DNA of 64,000 nucleotides from Candidatus Bathyarchaeota archaeon (GTDB taxonomy: Archaea; Thermoproteota; Bathyarchaeia; Bathyarchaeales; DTEX01): positions 32,001 through 96,000 of the forward strand of contig CAVQNT010000002.1 of the NCBI GenBank assembly GCA_963714275.1, in the 5' to 3' direction. Made by a program: the position numbers and the translations under genes. The notes under the pieces are model-generated. The model worked only from the letters and a program-made list of their open reading frames with translations. It was not told the origin of the DNA and searched no databases. Below, one piece after another: positions 28,657-38,822 of this stretch. Each line of letters starts with the position of its first letter. Within the stretch, counting starts at the first letter, position 1.

Positions 28657-29598
28657 TCATCCTCGGTCCTCTATCGCTCTCTGGGCATTTTCAAGGCGTG
28701 CCCTTTCTTCACGAAGTGCCCGATGAGCCTCTTCCAAGGTTACAGATTTAAAATGCAGACTTTCACCAGGCATGACCTGCGCCAGGATATCTAAATCTGC
28801 AGAGATGATATTTGCGATCTTAGTATAACCCCCGGAGACCTGCGCATCCCAAAGCATAATGATGGGCATTCCATCTCCCGGAACCTGGATGGCGCCACGA
28901 GCAATCGATTCGGAAATAATATCGGCACCCTTCACATGCTCGATTTTCGGCCCCTCCAGTCTGTAACCCATGCGGTCTGATTGCGAACTTACGGTGTATT
29001 CTGATGACAGAAAGGTCTCCAACCCCTGAGAAGTAAAACGGTCTTCTTGCGGGCCAAGGAGAACACGCAAGGGCTTTTTATCGGAGAGGATAGGGATTAG
29101 ATCCGCGGGCAAAGGCTTGAGGCAGGGAGGCCTTAGTCCATCACCTTCAGTCTCCAGGGTGTCCCCGGCCTTCAAGGGATTGCCCATCAGGCCGCGGGCA
29201 AAGACCGACCGGCTGTTAAGAAATTTCGGCCCGTCAAATCCACCCCGCACCGCAAGGAAAGCCCGAAAACCCAGTTTCCTGGCTCGGAATGAGATCCGGT
29301 CCCCTCTCTGTATGGAGACAGCCTGCCACATGGGAAGAGGAATTTTATTGAGCGCCGGAGAAAGATCTCCTCCTGTGATGGCAATAAATAAATCCCCCAA
29401 CGCCAGGAGTTCCAGTCGGAAAAGAGTAGTCTCCAGCACAGCCGCGCCACTTGAGTTTCCGACTAAGAGGTTGGCGATCCTGGCTGAAAAACTACCCGCC
29501 ACTCCAGAGCCGGGAATTCCATATTTCATGAATCCCGGCCGGCCCAGGTCTTGAATGGCGGTAAGAATTCCAGGGTTCAAAACCTCAAAGGCCTTCAC
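28657..29598 (-). CDS. pxpC: 5-oxoprolinase subunit C / allophanate hydrolase subunit 2 family
   Basis: IQDLGRPG, ANLLVGN, LAVRGG, SDRMGYRL, GAIQVP, GGYTKI. Confidence 0.88.
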   Translation of the reverse strand: MKAFEVLNPGILTAIQDLGRPGFMKYGIPGSGVAGSFSARIANLLVGNSSGAAVLETTLFRLELLALGDLFIAITGGDLSPALNKIPLPMWQAVSIQRGDRISFRARKLGFRAFLAVRGGFDGPKFLNSRSVFARGLMGNPLKAGDTLETEGDGLRPPCLKPLPADLIPILSDKKPLRVLLGPQEDRFTSQGLETFLSSEYTVSSQSDRMGYRLEGPKIEHVKGADIISESIARGAIQVPGDGMPIIMLWDAQVSGGYTKIANIISADLDILAQVMPGESLHFKSVTLEEAHRALREERARLENAQRAIEDRG

Positions 29599-30309
29599 AG
29601 AAAATCCTCCGCTCGCCGTCCTTTCGCCCTCAAGGCTTCCTCTTCGGATGCAGGGGGGAATAAAACTTCATCCCCGGCCACAAAGGGGATGGGGGGAAAG
29701 ATCTGCGGATTATAAAGAATCACAAATGTCCTTCCAATATAATTGAAGCCCGAAGGTTGATCGGTGGCGATGGCATTTGCTTGGCCGCCGGCAAACCCCA
29801 CTGACCCTCCGGGAACAAGGGTTCGCGGGGTGGGCAGGCGGGGCACCCGAAGCTTGATCCGGGAGTCCCCCGAGGTAAGCCAACCCACAGATAAATCCGA
29901 TGAAGTAAACTAAAAAATGCGTTTTTGAAAAAACCTCAATTACTTCTTCAGGGGGCAGACACAAAATTTCGGAGACCCGCTGCAGGTCCGGGCCATGGGC
30001 CCCACCATAAACAGTGGGTAGCCGAAAAGTGCGTCGGGCCGGAAGATCCATGTTCCTCGCCCTTCCCAGATATATTTTTATTTTCTCCAGGAGGGCTTCA
30101 TACTCTATCTCCAGAGGGTCGTAGGTCACCATCAAGGTTCGATATGCTGGAAGAACTTCATTGATCCCAGGAAATCGTTCGGCTTCGATGGTCAGGGCTA
30201 AGGAACGAACAGCCCGGTTGACCTCGGGGTCGATTCGATTGTCGAACTCCACCAGCACTGCGCTGTCCCCGGAGGGACGGATTTTGGGCCACTCGGAAAT
30301 GTCATTCAT
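29595..30309 (-). CDS. pxpB: 5-oxoprolinase subunit B / KipI family (frameshift near 29860)
   Basis: GDSAVLVEF, PAYRTL, YGG..GPDL, IGF..G..YL, then VPRLPTPRTLVPGGSVG, IGRT. Confidence 0.85.
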
Positions 30310-30433
30310 TTTCTCTTCCCATTTCCTATCTCTCTATCTTCCGGTCTATTAGGTTGCCAAGTATATCATCCATCAAAGATCTTGTAAAATTTTTCTTCCC
30401 TTTTCGTCAAGAGGAGGATAATGATAAAAATCT

Positions 30434-31591
30434 ATGGTGGAAAGAGATAGTGAATCTTATTCTAAGAAGGCAGCTTACTTGGCCCTGGGTCACTTCGTCA
30501 CGGATCTCTACCCGGGCCTTCTGCCTCCTCTCTTGCCTCTTTTGATCGATAGATTCCATTTGTCCTTTACCCGCGTAGGTATTCTAGCTATGGTAATGAG
30601 TGCCTCTGCCTCCATGCCCCAGCCCATCTTCGGGTACCTTTCTGACAAGCTCGGCGGCCGGAAGATGATCATCTTTGGGCCCATCCTGGCCGGTCTCAGC
30701 CTAAGCTCGATCGGGTTAGCCTCCAATTACTCATTGATGATTATCCTTTTGATCCTTGGTGGATTGGGAGCGGCTTGCTATCATCCCGAGGCAGCAGCGT
30801 TGTCTGCTTCCTTGAGCGGCCGGCAAAGAACTCTGGGTATGTCCATATTCATGCTGGGGGGAAATTTTGGTTACGGCCTGGGTCCCTTCCTAATCCTCCT
30901 GGTTATCGCGAGCCTTGGCTTAGAATGGAGCCTCCTCGCTTCTCTGCCGGCATTGGTTACCGCTTGGCTTCTGCATCGGTATGCACCTCAGCCCGGTGAG
31001 GGTCGCATGTTGCCCTCTCATTCTGGACGCGCAGTGGCAGGGCCTACGAATCGAAGGATCTTTCGTTTTGGCATTCTGTGGTCCGTGGTCGTGCTGAGGG
31101 TCACCGCTGTCCTGAGCTTGGCCACTTTCCTGCCCACCATTCAAAAACTCCGGGGGTTTTCCCTGATCGCCAGCGGAAGCTCCTTCACCGTGTTCATGGC
31201 CTGCGGAGCCTTGGGGGGTTTAATCGGCGGATACTTATCTGATCGGCTAGGACGGAGAACAATGATCATCTCCTCATTCATCATAGCCATCCCAGTGTTC
31301 TTGGCTTTCCTTTATCTGAAAGGGACAATGAGTTTTTTCATCTTGGCCCTGTTAGGTTTTCTGTTATTCATGAGCGAGCCCGCCTGCATCGTCCTGGCCC
31401 AGGAGATGGCTCCCCATAAAGCCCGGACGGTATCCGGCCTGATCATGGGAATGGCCTGGGGGATGGCTGGATGGGGGGTTTTGGGGACCGGAGCTTTAGC
31501 TGATTTCTTGGGCATGGAAAGGGCGCTAAGCTACCTTTTGCTCCTTCCGGCCGGAGCTCTCATTCTCTCCTTTTTCCTGCCCCGGAAATAG
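30434..31591 (+). CDS. MFS transporter (Fsr-like)
   Basis: HFVTDLY, QPIFGYLSD, YHPE, GGYLSDRLGRR. Confidence 0.88.
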   Translation: MVERDSESYSKKAAYLALGHFVTDLYPGLLPPLLPLLIDRFHLSFTRVGILAMVMSASASMPQPIFGYLSDKLGGRKMIIFGPILAGLSLSSIGLASNYSLMIILLILGGLGAACYHPEAAALSASLSGRQRTLGMSIFMLGGNFGYGLGPFLILLVIASLGLEWSLLASLPALVTAWLLHRYAPQPGEGRMLPSHSGRAVAGPTNRRIFRFGILWSVVVLRVTAVLSLATFLPTIQKLRGFSLIASGSSFTVFMACGALGGLIGGYLSDRLGRRTMIISSFIIAIPVFLAFLYLKGTMSFFILALLGFLLFMSEPACIVLAQEMAPHKARTVSGLIMGMAWGMAGWGVLGTGALADFLGMERALSYLLLLPAGALILSFFLPRK

Positions 31592-31644
31592 AGAAACAGG
31601 GAGACAGGGAGTTGGGGCGATAGGGGGATAGAAAGCAATCTCCC

Positions 31645-32436
31645 TTAGAACAACTTAAATCGCCCGTCGAATTCAGGCTGGACTGTAACCTGGGTGAAGA
31701 CGCGGTCCTGCTCTTCCCGGATGGCCGCCATCATCCAGAGAAAAGTGGTCACCGTCCCGGGCGCGGCCACATTATAATGATAACCCTTCTGAATAGCCAC
31801 TGCATCCCCTTCCCGAACCATGGCTACAATCTCGGCATTCTGGAAATCCCAGTAATTCAGGTGAATGGCAAAATTGGGCGCGGGCATGTCCACGTAGAGG
31901 TAAATCTCCTCCTTGGCCTGTGAATGATCGTGCGGCGGCCAGCTGGTCCAGTTCCCTTCTTTGCTCATAGTCACCCCGGCCAAAAGCCGCCCCGCTTTTA
32001 CGTTTGCCTCTCCGATCAAGGTGTGAATGGTCCGCGAATATGGCTCAAACCCGGCCCGATTGACCAATTTTGGATCTTTCAGGACGTTTTGAAAGGAAAC
32101 GAATTGGACTGGGTATTTTTTAGAAACCGGGGCGGCGCATTCGGCCAGGTCAAAGAATTCTTGGGCGGTGATCCGGCAGCTGCTTTGGATGGGCAGGTAT
32201 AGGGCATCGTATTTTTTCATGCTGAAGCGCTGACCGCTGGTTTCGATTTCGCCCTCTCCGTTAAGACAAATGAGACCTATCTCTTCACCCGCGGTCTCCA
32301 GAGAAATCGGGGATTCCCCTCGAGAGAGGACAATGCGGCCATACCGCAAGAACCGGAGACCGGTATTGGATGGGTCGATCAACCGCTTCCGTCCTTTGAC
32401 TTGATGGGTCTGCCGAAAAAGCCAGGAAAGGTTCAT
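31645..32436 (-). CDS. IolB/KduI-family (5-deoxyglucuronate isomerase-like) cupin
   Basis: GNWTSWPPHDH, EEIYLY, GYH. Confidence 0.85.
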   Translation of the reverse strand: MNLSWLFRQTHQVKGRKRLIDPSNTGLRFLRYGRIVLSRGESPISLETAGEEIGLICLNGEGEIETSGQRFSMKKYDALYLPIQSSCRITAQEFFDLAECAAPVSKKYPVQFVSFQNVLKDPKLVNRAGFEPYSRTIHTLIGEANVKAGRLLAGVTMSKEGNWTSWPPHDHSQAKEEIYLYVDMPAPNFAIHLNYWDFQNAEIVAMVREGDAVAIQKGYHYNVAAPGTVTTFLWMMAAIREEQDRVFTQVTVQPEFDGRFKLF

Positions 32437-32502
32437 TTTTACTCCTCCTTCATAAAAGATAATTTCTCAATGAATCAACAAAGCTATGGATTCTCAAAAA
32501 GA

Positions 32503-32985
32503 TCAAGACCGGCCGCGAAAAAGAAGCCAGAGATCGCGAATCGTGTAGCCGATCATAATGGCCCCCGAGATCGGAATGGACAGGTACCATAGAGTTTTGG
32601 GATATTCAAAAATTGGGGAACGATCCGTGGCCTTCATCGCCAGTAGCCCCCCTTGATAGGTAAGAACCAATAAGAATACAAGGGAAAGGAGACTCAGGAG
32701 GATCTCCAATACACGTCCAGCCTTAGAGCCACCGAGCCATTCGTTGATCACTTCTACGCGAAAGTGAGTCCTCTGGCGCCATAGTCCCGCTGCGCAAAGG
32801 AAAACCATCCAGGCAAAGGCAAATTCAACGACCTCGTCCGTCCATCCCATAGACGTGATGGGGACAAATCTGACAAATACTATAGCGGAAATTATGATCA
32901 ATAAACCTGCCAAAAAAAAGCTGCTACCCCACCTCATTATTAGTTCCAATACTCTATCTATTTTTTTAAGCATTTCCCGGTTCAT
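32503..32985 (-). CDS. dctQ: TRAP transporter small permease
   Basis: WTDEV...WMVF...HFRV; 4 TM. Confidence 0.87.
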   Translation of the reverse strand: MNREMLKKIDRVLELIMRWGSSFFLAGLLIIISAIVFVRFVPITSMGWTDEVVEFAFAWMVFLCAAGLWRQRTHFRVEVINEWLGGSKAGRVLEILLSLLSLVFLLVLTYQGGLLAMKATDRSPIFEYPKTLWYLSIPISGAIMIGYTIRDLWLLFRGRS

Positions 32986-32998
32986 TTGGGCTCTCCGC

Positions 32999-34291
32999 TC
33001 ATCGGGCAGAACCCATAAGCAGATTCGGAACCCAGGTCACAAAACCAGGAACATAGGTAACAAGGAATAATACGACCGCCAAAGCTACCATGTGCCACCT
33101 GAGTTCATGGGCCAGTTCCCAAACGGGAATCTTACCTATGCTCGATATGGTGTAGAGGACCATACCCACCGGAGGTGTCAGGAGGCCAACCATCAAGTTA
33201 AGGGTCATCATAACCCCAAAGTGGACTGGATCGATACCGAGCTGGGTGATCATCGGCATGAAGACAGGGATCGTCAAAAGCATGATGCAGATTCCTTCCA
33301 TGAAACAGCCCAGAATGAGCAGAATGATATTGATAACCAGGAGGATGACCCATGGGTTTTTACTGAGGGACATGAGGGCTTTAATCACTGTCTCGGGAAC
33401 CCGCTGATGGATGAGAAGCCATCCAAAAATACCCGCCGCTGAGATGATAAACAGTACCCGGACCGAAGTTTCCAATGTCTCCCATAGAATTCGGGGAAGG
33501 TCCTTTAATTTGACCTCCTTGTAGATAAACATGGTTAAAATGAGGGCATAGACCGTGGCCGCCACAGCGGCCTCGGTCGGGGTAAAGATCCCTGACACCA
33601 TTCCACCGATGATGATGACCGGTGTCGCTATGGCGGATAGGGCCCCCAACGTGCTGGCCATAAGCTCTTGAATGGTGGCCCTTCGTTCCTTGGGGTAGCC
33701 CCTCTGAGTCGAAACAACATAGACGATAATCATCAAGGCAATGCCCATGAGGAAACCGGGAACAAATCCACCTAAAAAGAGCCGGCCAACCGATGTACCG
33801 GTTATACTCCCGTAGATGACAAAGGGGATGCTGGGAGGAATGACGGGACCGATGGTCGAGGCGGAGGCCAGGATGGCGGCACTAAATTTCCGGTCGAACC
33901 CTCTCTTGGTCATTCCTTCTAATTCCACCGTTCCCAGAGCGGCTGCCTCGGCTACGGCCGCACCTGTCATTCCGGCAAAGATCATAGCACTCACTACAAC
34001 GACATGGCCGAGGCCTCCCTTTAAGTGCCCTACTAAGTTCTGGGCAAATCGGAATAAACGGTGGGTGATTCCACCGCTATTCATCAGGTTACCGGTCAGG
34101 ATGAAAAAAGGGATGGCCAGGAGGGTAAAACTTGTGGTGCTGGAGTACATTCTGGCAGGGACCATGGTCAAAACCTCTGTCTCCCCCAGGGCCACAAAAA
34201 AGAATACCGCCGTCAAACCCATGGAGACCGCAATGGGAAGTCCCAGCATGATCAGACCGACCAGGACTAAAAAGATCTCAGCCGTGAGCAC
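32999..34291 (-). CDS. dctM: TRAP transporter large permease
   Basis: LLAIPFFIL, IPPSIP, GIFTPTEAA, TPPVG. Confidence 0.93.
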   Translation of the reverse strand: MLTAEIFLVLVGLIMLGLPIAVSMGLTAVFFFVALGETEVLTMVPARMYSSTTSFTLLAIPFFILTGNLMNSGGITHRLFRFAQNLVGHLKGGLGHVVVVSAMIFAGMTGAAVAEAAALGTVELEGMTKRGFDRKFSAAILASASTIGPVIPPSIPFVIYGSITGTSVGRLFLGGFVPGFLMGIALMIIVYVVSTQRGYPKERRATIQELMASTLGALSAIATPVIIIGGMVSGIFTPTEAAVAATVYALILTMFIYKEVKLKDLPRILWETLETSVRVLFIISAAGIFGWLLIHQRVPETVIKALMSLSKNPWVILLVINIILLILGCFMEGICIMLLTIPVFMPMITQLGIDPVHFGVMMTLNLMVGLLTPPVGMVLYTISSIGKIPVWELAHELRWHMVALAVVLFLVTYVPGFVTWVPNLLMGSAR

Positions 34292-34312
34292 CGTTTTACC
34301 CTCCTGCTCGGA

Positions 34313-35323
34313 TTATTTCTTTCTGGCATCCTCGACAAATTTCATGAATTTCTTTACATTATCTTCACCGGCATACTTGCCGATCCTTTCATAGGCTGGC
34401 CCCATGGCCGCGCGGAACAGGGCGAGGTCAGGACGGGTCACCTTCACTCCAGCCTTCTCCATCTTGGCGATCTGATCGGCCTCTTCGGCCATGATCGCCT
34501 TCCGCATGTAAGCTCCTGCTGCCTTACTCTCTTCTCGGAAGATTTTCTGTTGCTCCGGTGTCAATTTGGCCCAAGTCTTCGTACTGATCACATGGACCAT
34601 GTTGTTGTAAACATGGCCGGTGAGGGCAAGGTTTTTCTGGACTTCATAGAACTTGTTGTGATAGATCACGGCGATGGGATTCTCCTGGGCATCCACCACT
34701 CCCTGGGCGAGGGCCATGTATAACTCAGGGAAGGCGATCTTTGTAACTACCCCTCCCAAAGCCTCCATGGCAGCCTGAAGCTGAATCTCAGGGGGAACTC
34801 GGATTTTCAACCCCTTCACATCTTCGGGTTTTAGGATGGGCCGCTTACTGTTGGTGAGGTTTCGGAATCCCCATTCCCAGTTGGAGAGAACGATAAATCC
34901 TTCCTTTTCTGCAAGCGGAGAAAACCAATCCATGGAGGGCCCATCCAGAGTTCGGTGGACATGGTCATAATTGTCGTAAACAAAGGGAAGCATGACCACG
35001 GAGAAGGCTTTCACATACTTATCCAGGGCGCCTTGGGTCGGAAGGCTCATATCGATAGCACCGAGTCTTACCTGCTCGGCCTGCTCCGGAGGAGATCCCA
35101 GGACATTCGCAGGGTAGATGGCGATCTTCACTTGCCCTTTGGTCCGCTCCTCCACCTTTGCCGCAAACTGTTTTGCCGCCAAATGACCCGGATGGGTCTC
35201 TTCAGCATAGTGGGCGAATTTCATCTGAATGACCTGGGCCTGAGCGCCCGTGCCCAGCAAGAAAAAGAAAAAAGCTCCCACCATCACGGCCCAGGCAATG
35301 GAATAGAATCGATAGGACTTCAT
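34313..35323 (-). CDS. dctP: TRAP solute-binding protein
   Basis: GFRNLT, GLKIRV, ELYMALAQGVVDAQENP, LTGH. Confidence 0.93.
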   Translation of the reverse strand: MKSYRFYSIAWAVMVGAFFFFLLGTGAQAQVIQMKFAHYAEETHPGHLAAKQFAAKVEERTKGQVKIAIYPANVLGSPPEQAEQVRLGAIDMSLPTQGALDKYVKAFSVVMLPFVYDNYDHVHRTLDGPSMDWFSPLAEKEGFIVLSNWEWGFRNLTNSKRPILKPEDVKGLKIRVPPEIQLQAAMEALGGVVTKIAFPELYMALAQGVVDAQENPIAVIYHNKFYEVQKNLALTGHVYNNMVHVISTKTWAKLTPEQQKIFREESKAAGAYMRKAIMAEEADQIAKMEKAGVKVTRPDLALFRAAMGPAYERIGKYAGEDNVKKFMKFVEDARKK

Positions 35324-35425
35324 TTTTTTACCCTCCTTTCTTTTTTGGTGATCCTTTGAATCACAAGATAGTTTTTAGAAAAAGTAATATCCTCCTCACG
35401 CCTTATCGAATCTCCAGTTTCTGAT

Positions 35426-35803
35426 CTATTCTTCCCCCCTTTCCTTCAGAGCCTGTTTCAGCTTTTCAAGCCAATCCTCCCGGGGTGGACAGAAGATATC
35501 GATCCCTTTGAAGCCAGTTTTGGTCTCCCCTCCATGCATCACATTGGGAGGATGAATGCATATATCACCCGCCTTCATCAAGAAATTCTCCTTTCCGCAA
35601 ATATGATCCTCCTCTCCCTCCAGGATGATAAGGATCTGTTCTGACGGGTGACCATGAAGCGGGAAAACGCAACCGGCTGGATTTTCAATGAAACTGAGCA
35701 GGACATTCGTTCCGACCACCATGTGGCTCTTCGATTTTTCTGTTAGCATCACAACAGGCAAATCCTTGATGCGATAAAAATACCTTGTTTTTTTCCGGGC
35801 CAT
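35426..35803 (-). CDS. Cupin-2 domain protein
   Basis: HGHPSEQ, PPNVMHG, DIFCPPRED. Confidence 0.87.
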   Translation of the reverse strand: MARKKTRYFYRIKDLPVVMLTEKSKSHMVVGTNVLLSFIENPAGCVFPLHGHPSEQILIILEGEEDHICGKENFLMKAGDICIHPPNVMHGGETKTGFKGIDIFCPPREDWLEKLKQALKERGEE

Positions 35804-35863
35804 TTCTCGCCTCCTTTCCGAGAGATTTAGCTTCTTATCCTTGGCTCCCCTGGTGAACCCATC

Positions 35864-36820
35864 TTACACGACGTCTTTTAATTGGATCTCCTGGGCATAC
35901 CTGGGATCTACCTGAATGGCCTTAGCAGGATTCCGCAAAACCCCGATTCCCTCGATCTCCGCCTCAATCACATCCCCTGGCCAAAACGGACCGGCAGGCG
36001 GGGTGGCGGTGGTCACTACATCGCCGGGCTCCAGCGTCCAGAAATTGGTCACAAACTCGATAATCTCTCCAAACCCCAGCCTCATGTTGGAGGTGTTCGA
36101 TTCACATTCCACTTTCCCGTTGCGCCTTCTCAATGTTTTGAGGTGGTAGATATCTTTGGGCATTTCATCAGGGGTCACAATCCAGGGTCCCATGGGCGCA
36201 AAGGTGTCGATGTTTTTCCCCCACGGCTGAAATTCCCGGTTCGTGGCTTCGAGGGACCTGGCGGTAATATCGTCGAGGATTGTATACCCGAAGATAACCT
36301 CGTTCACCTTCTCCTTCGGCACGTTCTTGCATTTTTTAGAGATGACGCAAGAGAATTCCCATTCGTGGTAGAAAACTCCATATCCTTGCGGCAAAAAGAT
36401 GGTTTCCTGATGGCCGATTACGGCGGATGGAGATTTGAGGAATACCAGGGGCACGGGGGAGTATGCGATGCCGATCAATTTTCGGTAGTCTTCGTAATTC
36501 ACGCCGGTGCAGATGATCTTGGGTGGATGATGGGGTGCCCGGAAGGAGACCTGCGAGAGGGGGAAAACACATTCGGGAACTTGGTAGTTCTTCTGCCGCA
36601 CGAAATGCAGCGCTTTCCTCGCTGCGGGGAGGGAGATTTCGTTTTGGGTGATGAATCGCACCATTTCCTCCGGGATTTCGGCCTTGGCCTTAGACTCGGG
36701 TTCGGGCGAACCTTCCGTCTTCAGGCAAGTGAGATAGGCCGCCGAAAGGTCTATGGCCCAATCGTTTACAAACGCCCCCGGCCGCTTTTTCCCTCTGCTT
36801 TCAAAGGTACCGAGTTTCAT
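35864..36820 (-). CDS. Fumarylacetoacetate hydrolase family protein
   Basis: KIICTGVNY, FLKSP, HEWE, DDITAR, GKNIDTFAPMGPWIVT, PGDVVTTATP. Confidence 0.88.
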   Translation of the reverse strand: MKLGTFESRGKKRPGAFVNDWAIDLSAAYLTCLKTEGSPEPESKAKAEIPEEMVRFITQNEISLPAARKALHFVRQKNYQVPECVFPLSQVSFRAPHHPPKIICTGVNYEDYRKLIGIAYSPVPLVFLKSPSAVIGHQETIFLPQGYGVFYHEWEFSCVISKKCKNVPKEKVNEVIFGYTILDDITARSLEATNREFQPWGKNIDTFAPMGPWIVTPDEMPKDIYHLKTLRRRNGKVECESNTSNMRLGFGEIIEFVTNFWTLEPGDVVTTATPPAGPFWPGDVIEAEIEGIGVLRNPAKAIQVDPRYAQEIQLKDVV

Positions 36821-36838
36821 CTCTTTCCCCGGAACTTG

Positions 36839-37630
36839 TTATTCGTTCCCTTTTCCCATATATCCCATCTTGGAAGAGATCAGGCCAGCCGCCTTCATCA
36901 ACTGACCCGCAAAAATTTTTTCGCGGGGGACATTAATCTTCCGCTGGGGGCCGGAGATGCTGAGAGCGGCAACCGCATTCCCTAAATGATTGAAGATGGG
37001 AGCGGCGAGGCACTCTACGTCCTCCTCAATTTCCCGGCGGTCGCGGGCATATCCGCGCCTTCGGACCTCTTTGAGTTCCCCGATTAGCTGCTTCTTGGAA
37101 GTGATGGTGTGGGAGGTGAAGGGTTTCAGGTGGATTTCATCTATGACTCTGGGGCGTTCCTCTTCAGGCAGGTGGGCGAGCAGAGCTTTTCCCAGAGCGG
37201 TGCAGTAGACCGGAGCCCGCTGCCCGATTTTAGACATGACGCCCAGGGTGCGAGGGGAATCGATTTTATCTACATACACGATTTCTGTATCACTTAGCAC
37301 AGCAAGATGGACTGTCTCCTGAACCTTCAAAGCCAGCTCCGTCATAATGGGCTTGGAGATCTTGATGAAGTCCATTCGTCTCAAATAGGTATTTCCGATT
37401 TCAAAGGCGGACAGGCCCAGTGAGTATTCTCCTGTTTTTTGATCTTTCTCCACAAGACCGCATTTCTCCAGGGAGAGGAGGATGCGGTAGGTGGTGCTTC
37501 GATCGAGTTCGAGCTGCCGGGCAATTTCACTGATTTTGAAATGGGTTTTAATCCCGTGAAAGCATTTCAGGATATTGCTAGCCCGGATGATGGAGTTGAT
37601 GAGGTATCTATCTTTCCGATCGGAGGCCAT
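36839..37630 (-). CDS. IclR-family transcriptional regulator
   Basis: HTH RSTTYRIL; ETVHLAV, PVYCTALGKALL, CLAAPIF, ALSISGP. Confidence 0.92.
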   Translation of the reverse strand: MASDRKDRYLINSIIRASNILKCFHGIKTHFKISEIARQLELDRSTTYRILLSLEKCGLVEKDQKTGEYSLGLSAFEIGNTYLRRMDFIKISKPIMTELALKVQETVHLAVLSDTEIVYVDKIDSPRTLGVMSKIGQRAPVYCTALGKALLAHLPEEERPRVIDEIHLKPFTSHTITSKKQLIGELKEVRRRGYARDRREIEEDVECLAAPIFNHLGNAVAALSISGPQRKINVPREKIFAGQLMKAAGLISSKMGYMGKGNE

Positions 37631-37665
37631 TTCACTAATACAACAGATAATTTAAAATTGCCTCA

Positions 37666-37694
37666 TTTATATTTGAATTTAAAATTCTTGTCAA
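37666..37694 (-). promoter_or_regulatory. Probable sigma-70 promoter for the second iclR cluster
   Basis: Minus strand TTGACA, 17 bp, TATAAA. Confidence 0.5.
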
Positions 37695-37985
37695 GAGTAA
37701 TTTTTCCTAAGAAACGACATCCGATCGACAACTCTTTGCATTTTTGGCAGTGGTTATTCTGTTGAAATTCATTCGATAATTAGGAAGGGGGTAGTGTGGG
37801 ACCCTGAATGGGGCAGATTTCAACCCTGCCAGGATCGAGCCTTTCAGTGTGTCCGGGCTCATCCGGAGCATCATGGAGGAAAAGCCAGCATAATCCTTTG
37901 CCGGTTTCAGTCGGGGAATCTCTTTTAAAGGATGCGGAAACTCTTTGGGCAGTAACGGAAAGAGCACTCCGCCCTTGATTCACAT

Positions 37986-38471
37986 TCACCGCTCTCGGAT
38001 GCGAAAGTGACCTTGCTCATCATTGTATCGTTCGGTCTTGACTCCTTCGAGAACGGTTAGGCTAACCTCAGCCCGATAAGCCACTACACTCCCAGGTTCT
38101 AAATGCCCAATGTAAGTGGTTTTGCTGTCCCAGTCGAACACGCTGATGTGGGCGTGAGCCTCCCCTCCAATGACTGAGCCCTGAACGCCGGCCAGTTCGA
38201 TGGCGCCGGTAAAGTTCCAGTACTTATCCAATGGTTGGACAGCGGTGGTGGTAATAGTGTGGAGATGCACACGCTGCAAAGAACCGATCCCACCCGTGAT
38301 GGCAGCGGTGTCGATCTGTTCTTTTCTTACAACCGCCTGAAGGCCTTCCAGAAGCAGGTCATCTCTGTCAAACATTATCAGGATTGTCCGCGGTGTTGTT
38401 TTAGATACGAAATGCTGCATTCGTCCCCTCCTTTCAATAGCATTTATCTCTATACCCCCCTTATGCCTCAC
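37986..38471 (-). CDS. DUF296/PPC domain protein
   Basis: DDLLLEGL, GIGSL, EL....G, HAHIS, GHL. Confidence 0.8.
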   Translation of the reverse strand: MRHKGGIEINAIERRGRMQHFVSKTTPRTILIMFDRDDLLLEGLQAVVRKEQIDTAAITGGIGSLQRVHLHTITTTAVQPLDKYWNFTGAIELAGVQGSVIGGEAHAHISVFDWDSKTTYIGHLEPGSVVAYRAEVSLTVLEGVKTERYNDEQGHFRIRER

Positions 38472-38544
38472 GATTAGGAGTTTTGATTTTCGCGCAATTA
38501 TCTACCGGTCAGGATAATGCCAGGGTTGTATCGTAGGTCAAACA

Positions 38545-38800
38545 CCTAACCCGGCATAGCCGGAACCAATCAGGAATTCGCTCGAAATCCCCCCAACCCC
38601 CCTTTTCTAAAAGGGGGAAGGGATTTCTGAAATTTGTTACCATTTTGCGCGCAATTTCATTCGTAAGGGACTATGGTTTTTCTGCGCCCGCCGCAAAAAA
38701 ATGGCCCCTGCGGGGCAGAAAATGGCCTCAACCAAACCCCCCTTTTCTAAAGGGGGGATTTCTGCCGGCAATGACGAGGCTCATTCTTACCAACATGTTA
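38545..38800. repeat. Cluster of REP-like hairpins / MITE scars
   Basis: cccccttttctaaa(a)ggggg...gggattt occurs twice (~38597 and ~38737). Confidence 0.5.
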
Positions 38801-38822
38801 GTTTTAGTTTGGCCATAAGCGC

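Noticed and set aside
35882-36985. 367-aa + strand ORF (and similar long ORFs at 6427-7221, 12695-13561, 23461-24261)
   Set aside because: Antisense shadows of well-supported genes, with no recognisable motifs.
37707-37989. Short ORFs between DUF296 and iclR
   Set aside because: No recognisable family; possibly a gene remnant, but not supportable.
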